A program made the position numbers and the translations under genes. Positions 56,638 to 64,000 of a DNA stretch of 64,000 bases are shown one piece after another. The stretch lies in sequence record LT598654.1. The stretch is one strand, 5' to 3'. Below the pieces are notes generated by a model. It ran no database searches. It was not told the origin of the DNA and saw nothing but the letters and a program-made list of their open reading frames with translations. The number at the start of each line of letters is the position of its first letter. Positions within the stretch are counted from its first letter, which is position 1.

Positions 56638-57015
56638 ATGAATACTTTGGACTTACTTCAAACTTACGATAAATATCTCGTAAAACTTCAAAATTCAATT
56701 TCCCAACCAGAACAAGTCCTCTGGCAAGCACTAGAGGACTTCGCCCTTCCAAAGACTTCTTTCCTTAATATCCTGGACGTATACGATTTAGTGGAACACT
56801 CAGTACGCAGTGCCAAGCTAGAGTCGCATCTGATTAACTCAACCTATGAGCTTATTAATCGCCTTCGTGTGGAATTCAATGGTACAATATCACTACTTGC
56901 GGTCAGTGACTTCGTCCAGTGCCTTCAAAACTTTTCAGATACGCAAAACATTCCCAAGCGTATAGACCTAATCGTGAGACAGTTAAGAAATGACCTCGTT
57001 AAAGCAGTCTGTTAA
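56638..57015 (+). CDS. hypothetical helical protein
   Basis: 125-aa ORF, AGGA SD. Confidence 0.7.
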   Translation: MNTLDLLQTYDKYLVKLQNSISQPEQVLWQALEDFALPKTSFLNILDVYDLVEHSVRSAKLESHLINSTYELINRLRVEFNGTISLLAVSDFVQCLQNFSDTQNIPKRIDLIVRQLRNDLVKAVC

Positions 57016-57104
57016 AATTTTCTTTGCTTGTACTTTTATATTTATGGTACTTGCAATTTTCTACGTAGGCTACCACGTAGCTTGCTACATTAGGAAGATA
57101 AAAA

Positions 57105-57929
57105 ATGCTGAGTAACTATCCCTTATTAGCAATAAGCTTTATGAGCCAAGCTTTTGAAATGGCTGCGTTGAGTAGTGCGCGTCGTCGAAAAACGGGTGCA
57201 GGTGTTTACCGTCAGTTAGAAGGTAAATATTTTCAACCTGTATCCAACGGAATTAATGGAACCCGAACAGGTACACCTAACTATTGTGAGAACATGGACG
57301 GCACAAGCAGAGGTCGTAAAGTAATACATGCCGAACAGAACTGTCTTATTAAAATGATGACAACAGGTGTCGCTACTGAGGGCTGCACTCTGGTCACTAC
57401 CTTCGTTCCCTGTGAGGTGTGCTGCGAGTCTATCATCGATGCCAAAATTCGCGAGGTAGTCTACTGTGAAGACAGCATTAACGAAAGCAAGAAAGCTTCT
57501 ATAGGTAAACTAGAAGAAGTAGGTATTCGAGTACACCGCGTTACCAAACATGAAGTAATTGAATACAAGATGATGGTTCTTGATGGTCTTCGCACAGGAA
57601 ATAAATTTCTAGGTGAGCCTGTTGAGCAGGAGTACCATGACTTTGCTAACCATATAAGAGCACTTACCTCAGAGCAGGTGGAACTGGTCAAGAAGAACAT
57701 AGAGAACACCATTCACCAACGTAACTATTCTCCTACTAAAACGTTTGCGTTAGATACAAACATTATCGAACTCTCTCAGGTAACTAACAGTGAAGACCTG
57801 TTGAAATGGATTGAAGACAGCTACGACTATCTTATGGAGATAGAGCACCGAGTAAGTACAACCCATCCAATGATGCGTATATCAACCTCGTTGCCTGAGT
57901 TGTTGACGTATTACGTAAAAATCAAATAA
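57105..57929 (+). CDS. dCMP deaminase family protein with C-terminal extension
   Basis: NG...G..N.CE, HAEQN and PCEVC Zn motifs. Confidence 0.88.
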   Translation: MLSNYPLLAISFMSQAFEMAALSSARRRKTGAGVYRQLEGKYFQPVSNGINGTRTGTPNYCENMDGTSRGRKVIHAEQNCLIKMMTTGVATEGCTLVTTFVPCEVCCESIIDAKIREVVYCEDSINESKKASIGKLEEVGIRVHRVTKHEVIEYKMMVLDGLRTGNKFLGEPVEQEYHDFANHIRALTSEQVELVKKNIENTIHQRNYSPTKTFALDTNIIELSQVTNSEDLLKWIEDSYDYLMEIEHRVSTTHPMMRISTSLPELLTYYVKIK

Positions 57930-57938
57930 CTGTAAATA
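57928..57938 (+). promoter_or_regulatory. conserved motif AACTGTAAATA
   Basis: overlaps the deaminase stop, just upstream of the ACP gene. Confidence 0.5.
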
Positions 57939-57944
57939 GAGGTT

Positions 57945-58193
57945 ATGATGAACAACATTGATGAAGCCTGTGCAAAAGTAGTAGAGTCTGTGCTACAGAT
58001 ACCTGCTACTCTTATTGATAAAGAAAAGTCTCTTGCGGATATGTCTTGCGATAGCCTAGACCTTCTGCAAATGGTAATAGAGTTCGAAGAAGAACTTGGG
58101 ATTGACTTGGATGAACGCGAGTTTACATCCAACTTTTTAACTCAAAAATATTCACAAGCAGTGGAAGAGTTAAAAGCAAAAATTAAGGAATAA
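57945..58193 (+). CDS. acyl carrier protein
   Basis: DSLD motif with Ser, then MVIEFEEELGIDLD. Confidence 0.85.
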   Translation: MMNNIDEACAKVVESVLQIPATLIDKEKSLADMSCDSLDLLQMVIEFEEELGIDLDEREFTSNFLTQKYSQAVEELKAKIKE

Positions 58194-58195
58194 GT

Positions 58196-58462
58196 GTGTC
58201 AAGAGTAAGTCTGTACTTGGTATTAAGAACATACCGTAACTATTATAATGTTCAACCAGGTGATTACATCATCAAGATGCCATGCGGTTTATGTTACAAA
58301 GTTGAAACTATGGATAACATAGATGAAAGCAGTTTGAAGCTAACGGTGTCCAACAAGAGTCCTGCTCTTTTGATGACCAACATTAAGTCTACTTACATTA
58401 GAAACCAATCTGTTGATATTGAAATCAACGGTGATATTACAGAGGTAAAAGCCAGTGCTTGA
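58196..58462 (+). CDS. hypothetical protein
   Basis: 88-aa ORF, GTG start. Confidence 0.6.
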   Translation: MSRVSLYLVLRTYRNYYNVQPGDYIIKMPCGLCYKVETMDNIDESSLKLTVSNKSPALLMTNIKSTYIRNQSVDIEINGDITEVKASA

Positions 58463-58874
58463 AATGAAACCTTACCTGTTAAATGCGGTATACCGTTTTA
58501 TCGCAGACAAGGGAGAGATCCCTTTTATGACAGTTGTTGCAGATGAACGCTGCACACTGCCTATGGAGTTTGCGAAAGACGTAAGACTTCCTAACGATGA
58601 CATTGTTAAGGCAATTACGCTCAATCTTAGCATGAACGCTACCAAGAATTTAAGTATACCAGAAGACGGTCACTACTTGACATTCGGTGCTACGTTCGGA
58701 GGTCGCCACATGGATGTAGTTGTACCTTACGATTGCATCTTGCACATGTATCCTAAGGGTAAGATTGATCAGGGTATTGGTTTTGAATACATCGAACCCG
58801 AAGATTCGCAAATTCCGACCGAACCTGAATCTAAGCCAGCGACCAAAAAGCCAACACTCTCTGTAGTTAAGTAA
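58455..58874 (+). CDS. sspB: ClpXP adaptor SspB homologue
   Basis: PYLLNAVYRFI, ITLNLS.NAT..L, F.A.FGG, VPY..I, and C-terminal LSVVK ClpX-binding tail. Confidence 0.92.
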   Translation: MLEMKPYLLNAVYRFIADKGEIPFMTVVADERCTLPMEFAKDVRLPNDDIVKAITLNLSMNATKNLSIPEDGHYLTFGATFGGRHMDVVVPYDCILHMYPKGKIDQGIGFEYIEPEDSQIPTEPESKPATKKPTLSVVK

Positions 58875-58882
58875 ATGTAGTT

Positions 58883-59239
58883 ATGTCTTTGTTTTACCCG
58901 ACACCAAAGAAAGACTACATAGTATGCGTAGCTACTAATAATACCCACATGTTGCCTACTGGACAGTTCTTCTACTTGAAGATGAAACAAAACAAGGTAG
59001 GCAACTTTGCAATTCAAGATGGTCATTGCTGCTGGGTACTTGGTAAAGAGTTCGATATGGAAGGTGTTAAGTACGTCCATCTAACTGCGAAGTTAGAGCT
59101 TGATGATCCTATTCCAGAAGAACAGATTGAAAGTTTAAGCATTAGCGAAATATTAAAAACATACGGAATTGAAGGTATTGGTTTGGAAGTAAGCTTGATG
59201 CGTAAAGTAGAAAGCCTTTGTGCAAACCGAAACACCTGA
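58883..59239 (+). CDS. hypothetical protein
   Basis: 118-aa ORF. Confidence 0.7.
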   Translation: MSLFYPTPKKDYIVCVATNNTHMLPTGQFFYLKMKQNKVGNFAIQDGHCCWVLGKEFDMEGVKYVHLTAKLELDDPIPEEQIESLSISEILKTYGIEGIGLEVSLMRKVESLCANRNT

Positions 59240-59257
59240 TTACCGTATTGAGGATTT

Positions 59258-59629
59258 ATGAAAGAACTTATTAGTTATAAGTATCAAGGCTTCGTAGAAC
59301 GTGTTGTTGATGGTGACACGTTTGACATTCGTATTGACTTAGGTTTCTATACGACAACAACGCAGCGCATTCGCTTAGCCGAGATCGATACACCCGAAAC
59401 GTATCGTCCAAAAACAGAAGCCGAGCGCACACATGGTCAGAAAGCAACTGACTTTGTTACGCGCATGATTGAAAACAAGCAGGTATTTGTCGAAAGCGTT
59501 AAGCGCGGTAAGTATCGGTTTGTAGCAAAAATCTCATATCAAGACCCTGACACCAAAGCGTGGATTGACTTAGGCACTAAGTTGAAGAAAGAGGGATTGG
59601 TAAAACTCGATTCTTATCCAGAGGACTAA
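59258..59629 (+). CDS. thermonuclease (SNase-like)
   Basis: RVVDGDT, RIRLAEIDTPE, G.KA, KYR motifs; no signal peptide. Confidence 0.9.
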   Translation: MKELISYKYQGFVERVVDGDTFDIRIDLGFYTTTTQRIRLAEIDTPETYRPKTEAERTHGQKATDFVTRMIENKQVFVESVKRGKYRFVAKISYQDPDTKAWIDLGTKLKKEGLVKLDSYPED

Positions 59630-59641
59630 AGGAAATAACTC

Positions 59642-61057
59642 ATGTTACCAACTGAACATACAATCAAATGTGATGATTTCGGTACACATACAGAAGAAAA
59701 CGGACGTTTAATCCTGTTCTTCTTTAATGCAGACCGTGAAGCAGTATTGAAAATCCGCAAAGGCGATTATGTGACTATCAAAGGCAGTGTTCGCTATGAA
59801 GACTCAGAATCAGTATTCAATGCAGAGCACTCGGGTGTAGTTACTGACATTGATGCTGGTCCAGGTTACCCATACAACCCGGGTGGTATTGTTAAAATAG
59901 TTCAGACCATCATCAAACAAAGCGATAACTTCAATTCTGCTGATTACCAGTATCTGTACTGGGTTCGTCAGATTCTTGAACGCGGTCGCGGTAGTGAAAA
60001 CCGCACAGCCACCAACACACGCAAGTTGTTCGGTGAAGCGCAAATGCACTTCGATTTACGTAAAGGTTTCCCGTTGTTAACTACCAAAAAGGTTAATACG
60101 GGTGCTATCACTAAAGAACTGTTGTGGTTTAATCGGGGCGAGACCAATATCAAAACACTCGGTTCAAAGATTTGGGACGAGTGGGCTACAGAAGACGGTG
60201 AACTTGGTCCTGTATATGGTGCTCAGTGGCGTAACTGGAGTGCTTGGCATGAAGTATCAAGAAACGATCAGGCACGTATCGACTTCTTGAAAGAGCAAGG
60301 TTATACCGAACAGTATTCTACCGATTGGCACGTAATGCTGTCTAAACGTATCGACCAAATCGATAACCTGATTAACGAACTAAAGACGAATCCAAACAAC
60401 CGTCGTATGTTAATCACTGCATGGAATCCTGCTGCTGACCCTGACACCAAATACAGTCCGAAACAGAATGCGGCTTTCGGTATGCAAGCACTTCCGCCCT
60501 GTCATACTATGTGGCAGGTAGGTTGTACTGAAATGAATAGCGAAGAACGTTTCGAAGCTATTATCCATGATAAAGCACTTGAGATTATGGCTAACGTTGA
60601 CCGTCTGCGTACTTACGACCGTTGCCGAAGTGAAGCACTAACCGAAATTGAATTGCTACAAGATAGCTACTACACAACAAGCGGTGACCATTCACTCGAA
60701 GGTTTCTTGGATAGTATCAATGCTCCTGAGTTCTTCCTTGACTTGAAACTGTATCAACGTTCGGCAGACTGGTTCTTGGGTGTACCTTTTAATATCGCAA
60801 GCTATGCTGAACAGGCTCTATTACTTGCTAAGCACTGTAACCTGGTTGCGCGTGATTTCTATCATACGTTTGGTGACTTCCATATTTATGATAACCACGT
60901 TGAACAATTGCAAGAGCAGTTAAAACAACCAATGCAAGGTACTCCGTATATGCGGATAGCTAAACGTCGTGCAATCATTAGTGATTATCGACCAGAAGAT
61001 TTCCAATTACTTAACTACAACCCAGGTATCGTGCTGAAAGGCGACGTTGCTGTTTAA
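59642..61057 (+). CDS. thyA: thymidylate synthase with N-terminal extension
   Basis: NRTATNT, FPLLTTKK, GPVYG.QWR, PPCH, YQRSADWFLGVPFNIASY, HIYDNH. Confidence 0.95.
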   Translation: MLPTEHTIKCDDFGTHTEENGRLILFFFNADREAVLKIRKGDYVTIKGSVRYEDSESVFNAEHSGVVTDIDAGPGYPYNPGGIVKIVQTIIKQSDNFNSADYQYLYWVRQILERGRGSENRTATNTRKLFGEAQMHFDLRKGFPLLTTKKVNTGAITKELLWFNRGETNIKTLGSKIWDEWATEDGELGPVYGAQWRNWSAWHEVSRNDQARIDFLKEQGYTEQYSTDWHVMLSKRIDQIDNLINELKTNPNNRRMLITAWNPAADPDTKYSPKQNAAFGMQALPPCHTMWQVGCTEMNSEERFEAIIHDKALEIMANVDRLRTYDRCRSEALTEIELLQDSYYTTSGDHSLEGFLDSINAPEFFLDLKLYQRSADWFLGVPFNIASYAEQALLLAKHCNLVARDFYHTFGDFHIYDNHVEQLQEQLKQPMQGTPYMRIAKRRAIISDYRPEDFQLLNYNPGIVLKGDVAV

Positions 61058-61066
61058 GGAGAAAAC

Positions 61067-62167
61067 ATGAAACGATTATTTGTATTGGGTGCTATGTTAG
61101 CTACAGCACTGTTGAGCGGATGTACCAAACACATTCCTGTCACAGCACAGGAGATCGGTACAAAAGTAAACGGCGGAAACGGTGAGTTCTATGACGGACT
61201 GTACCGTTCTAAGGTAATCAAGATCAGCGACTGGTGCGGTACAACGACTGCGTGTGATAAAGCATTTATTATGACCGTACCTGCTTACAACCATGTAGTA
61301 CCTGGTGAGTACGCGATGCCTCTGTCTAATGATATGGACTTGACTCTTGACCTAGAGTTTCGTGTTAAGTTCGATATGAGCGGCAACGATACTCAAATTC
61401 TTGATCGTATGGCGATAGCCGCCACTCGTTACAAAATGGGTGTTACTGGTTCTGCAACTAGTGTTCAGGAACAGCGTATTAGTATTGAAACTATGGCAGC
61501 ACTCGATCTCAGTCCTGCTATTATCAAAACTCGAATTAGACCATTGTTGGCTAGCTACAACCTAGAAACTGCCTTCCGTAACATAGGTCAAGGTGGTTCT
61601 ATTTTGTACGGTGGAAAAGATCCGAACAATAAAGATACTGTTGGTATTCTGGAAACTGCTCGTGCGTACTTAAAAGAAATTGGTAGTCCTTTGATTATCG
61701 AAACTGTTGCGGTAAAACGTATTGCGATGCCACCTGAAATCATTAACCGTAAAAAGGAAAATGAAGGCATCGAAGAAGAAGACGAAATGCAACGCAAGCG
61801 TTTAGCAATGTCGGAACGTCGCCGAGTACAAGAACACTTGTTGAACATGCGTCAAGCTGCGGATGAATTAGAAGTATTGGTAGCACAAGCACCTATCCTA
61901 GCTGACCCTAACATCATTGCATACAAGTGGACACAGGTAGCTCAGCAGTTTGCAGACGCAGGATTACCTTTTGCAACTACTCCTGAAATGTTACCGATTG
62001 GTAAGGGCGGCTCTCTTGCTGTGCAAGACTTGGAAGCTCGTATCCAATCTCTGCGTAGTAAAGCTGACTCTTATGAACGTAGTGACTACTACCGTTGCTT
62101 GGAAAACTCGGACAAGACTGTAGAGCAGTGTAACACTGAATTCCCTCAACGGACAGGTAACGAATAA
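61067..62167 (+). CDS. lipoprotein with SPFH/band-7-like domain and coiled coil
   Basis: LLSG-C lipobox; DMDLTLDLEFRV, IETVAVKRIAMPPEI and coiled coil follow SPFH organisation. Confidence 0.65.
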   Translation: MKRLFVLGAMLATALLSGCTKHIPVTAQEIGTKVNGGNGEFYDGLYRSKVIKISDWCGTTTACDKAFIMTVPAYNHVVPGEYAMPLSNDMDLTLDLEFRVKFDMSGNDTQILDRMAIAATRYKMGVTGSATSVQEQRISIETMAALDLSPAIIKTRIRPLLASYNLETAFRNIGQGGSILYGGKDPNNKDTVGILETARAYLKEIGSPLIIETVAVKRIAMPPEIINRKKENEGIEEEDEMQRKRLAMSERRRVQEHLLNMRQAADELEVLVAQAPILADPNIIAYKWTQVAQQFADAGLPFATTPEMLPIGKGGSLAVQDLEARIQSLRSKADSYERSDYYRCLENSDKTVEQCNTEFPQRTGNE

Positions 62168-62583
62168 TGGACATATTGGGTAAACTAATCTTTTGGTTAG
62201 CTTACCCTCTTATCTGGCTTCTTCATCCTACACTGGTTAAGCTTAGATACGAGGGTATCAAAAACAACGAAGCTGTTAGAGGCGCGTTCTGTATTCTGGC
62301 ACTGACAGCAATTACTTTCTACGCCTGCATAGCTTCGTTTATTGTTTTCAATTGGATTATTGTTGCAGCACCAGAGGCTACCTATGAGATTAAACGAGAA
62401 ATACTTAGTACAAACAGGGGTATGCTCGAACAGCAACAAAGAGCGGCAGCCGCGAGTACTGTGCAAACGCAAATACAGGCAGCCGAGGTAGACTACAGTG
62501 TTCCAGATACTGCACCCGCAGATGATGCACAAGACAGAATTGAATCACTGAAAAAGAAAATGCAGGAAAAGAATCCTGATTAA
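62167..62583 (+). CDS. membrane protein
   Basis: two hydrophobic segments; TAATG coupling to the SPFH gene. Confidence 0.7.
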   Translation: MDILGKLIFWLAYPLIWLLHPTLVKLRYEGIKNNEAVRGAFCILALTAITFYACIASFIVFNWIIVAAPEATYEIKREILSTNRGMLEQQQRAAAASTVQTQIQAAEVDYSVPDTAPADDAQDRIESLKKKMQEKNPD

Positions 62584-62600
62584 AAGGTGGGAGGTACAAA

Positions 62601-63332
62601 GTGGATTTAAGGAAGCTTAGCCAGTGGCAACTATATGACTACTATTCGTTCTGGTTTTTAGTCAGTGAAAAATCGCACCCATTAGGTAGCGTTCCTAACT
62701 TGGCTATTGTGAGAATTACGGATGAACTGGATAGAGATATACAAGACCGTAGCCGTCATGTTATCTTTAAACAGAATAACAGCTTTACCGACATTACGTT
62801 TCATCTTGGTAAAAGTATTGTATCCAGTCCAGGTAATGTTAGTACTCTTATAAAGTCTTTCAAGGATGTTATAGAGCACTACAATGTGTTTGCAGTGTTT
62901 GACCATGTTTTGGATACGTCGGAAGACAATGTTCGTGCTGCATTCAATTCTCTGAAAATCCTGGCAGATAGCAATTGGGTACGCACAAAGGATCAGTTAG
63001 GATGGCCCTACTGCTTTACCCGTGGTCAGGAGAATGTCAATCCTCCTTTGTTACCTCCCGAAGTCGCACTCAGCAACAAGCTGGCTGTACGCGCACTTGG
63101 TGTTATGTTAAGTGACGACACCGACGAAATGCTATTCAATCAATCCCGTACTGGTGACAAACAGTGGTGGAATGTAGAAGCATATTATTGCTCGTATGTT
63201 CCAGGGTGTAGCAAACACTTGATAAAAACTGACCATAAAAACTTCGCTGACTTTGTATGTGTACAGCAAGACAGGTTAGCCAAACTACTAGGTGTACCGC
63301 GAAGTATGTTAGGAGAAACTCTTGATGAATAA
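62601..63332 (+). CDS. hypothetical protein
   Basis: GTG start with GGAGG SD. Confidence 0.75.
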   Translation: MDLRKLSQWQLYDYYSFWFLVSEKSHPLGSVPNLAIVRITDELDRDIQDRSRHVIFKQNNSFTDITFHLGKSIVSSPGNVSTLIKSFKDVIEHYNVFAVFDHVLDTSEDNVRAAFNSLKILADSNWVRTKDQLGWPYCFTRGQENVNPPLLPPEVALSNKLAVRALGVMLSDDTDEMLFNQSRTGDKQWWNVEAYYCSYVPGCSKHLIKTDHKNFADFVCVQQDRLAKLLGVPRSMLGETLDE

Positions 63333-63774
63333 AACAAGACTGTCAATGTCAATAGGGTCACAAAGCTTGGCAGGAATCATGTTACCGAAGACATTCGAAG
63401 GTTATCCTTTAAGTCACGGTAACTACTTCTCAGTGTTAGACTTAGACTGGGTTATAAAGTACCAAGAAGGTCGTGCAACTCGCTTCCAGGTGTACGAAAA
63501 CCTTATCCGCGTTCTGAATATGAATGCGGAGAACTACCAAGCATTGGAGAAGTTCTGTCACTTTCAATCATGTGAAGCAGTTATGTACCATCAAGTTATC
63601 GAGAACGACCGCATAGTAAAATGGGCTGTTGTCTGTGACGAGAGAATTCCGAGTATCAAATGGCTAGATGAAGACTTCTGCTTTTTGAGCCACCATGTTC
63701 CACATCCTATTGTACGTCAGCAGATGGCAGATGATTACGAAAAAATACGAGAAGGGTTTCGCAATCGATGTTAG
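63322..63774 (+). CDS. hypothetical protein
   Basis: 150-aa ORF, AGGAG SD. Confidence 0.7.
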   Translation: MMNKTRLSMSIGSQSLAGIMLPKTFEGYPLSHGNYFSVLDLDWVIKYQEGRATRFQVYENLIRVLNMNAENYQALEKFCHFQSCEAVMYHQVIENDRIVKWAVVCDERIPSIKWLDEDFCFLSHHVPHPIVRQQMADDYEKIREGFRNRC

Positions 63775-64000
63775 ATCCTATTTTAAAATGGGTTGGTGGT
63801 AAACGTTGGATGAAAGACACTCTAACTGATCTGTGGTTAGCCAATCCGTCTGAGCGTTTTGTAGAGCCTTTTTGCGGAGCACTAGGTGCAAGCCTGTCTG
63901 TTAATCCTAAACGTGCTTTACTGAATGACTTTAACCCACACCTAATTCAGCTATTCAAAGGTATCAAACGCGGTGAAGAATTTGACATTCTTATGGAGAG
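63768..64000 (+). CDS. dam: Dam-family (D12 class) DNA adenine methyltransferase, truncated by the window edge
   Basis: translated by hand: MLDPILKWVGGKRW...FVEPFCGA...ALLNDFNPHLI; not in the supplied ORF track. Confidence 0.9.
   Translation, partial: MLDPILKWVGGKRWMKDTLTDLWLANPSERFVEPFCGALGASLSVNPKRALLNDFNPHLIQLFKGIKRGEEFDILME

Noticed and set aside
57016-57104. Short inverted repeats (ctacgt/acgtag, gtagc/gctac) upstream of the dCMP deaminase
   Set aside because: Stems of 5-6 bp in an AT-rich gap are expected by chance; no convincing promoter or terminator geometry.
59642-61057. ThyA as a base-modifying hydroxymethylase, or as an intron-containing gene
   Set aside because: It has the dUMP-specifying Asn (PFNIASY) and a continuous ORF; the insert is in frame, with no group I intron signature seen.
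1-64000. CRISPR array, tRNA or rRNA genes, integrase/IS, reverse transcriptase or DGR template-variable repeat pair
   Set aside because: None was seen by eye. Gaps are mostly under 60 bp and no long nucleotide-level repeat pairs or RT motifs were found. tRNAscan-SE and a self dot-plot would be decisive.
1-64000. Stop-codon reassignment (alternative genetic code)
   Set aside because: Long conserved genes are uninterrupted in code 11, and TAA, TAG and TGA all end genes at tight junctions.

Overview
A densely coding segment of a large (probably jumbo) contractile-tailed dsDNA phage genome, read in standard genetic code 11, in three blocks. (1) 1-21.3 kb, + strand: HNH protein, a sigma-factor-like protein, DnaB-type helicase, terminase large subunit, MazG-like protein, portal, 5'-3' exonuclease, 2OG-Fe(II) oxygenase, macrodomain-like protein and a peptidase-M15 endolysin. 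(2) 21.3-51.3 kb, - strand, read from high to low coordinates: PAAR spike, gp25-like and J-like baseplate proteins, a 1625-aa Ig-repeat wedge protein, an elaborate fibre cluster (four collagen-like paralogues, three Hint domains, Calx-beta/vWA adhesins, a repeated fibre domain), a four-gene envelope module including a solute-binding-protein-like gene, and a holin/spanin set. (3) 51.3-64 kb, + strand: accessory and nucleotide-metabolism genes, including two acyl-carrier-like proteins (one lacking the phosphopantetheine Ser), dCMP deaminase, SspB, thermonuclease, ThyA, an SPFH-like lipoprotein and a truncated Dam methylase. SspB, the spanin-like genes and the solute-binding protein point to a Gram-negative, probably gammaproteobacterial host (inference). 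The terminase/portal style recalls hairy jumbo myophages such as Y3, AD1, Lu11 and PaBG; this is recollection, not a search result. Best leads: self-processing Hint domains on fibres, register-conserved Cys in all collagen paralogues, the envelope sensing-like module, the ACP/pseudo-ACP pair, and an AASTGTAAAYA motif upstream of five gene clusters. All family calls come from motif recognition by eye.
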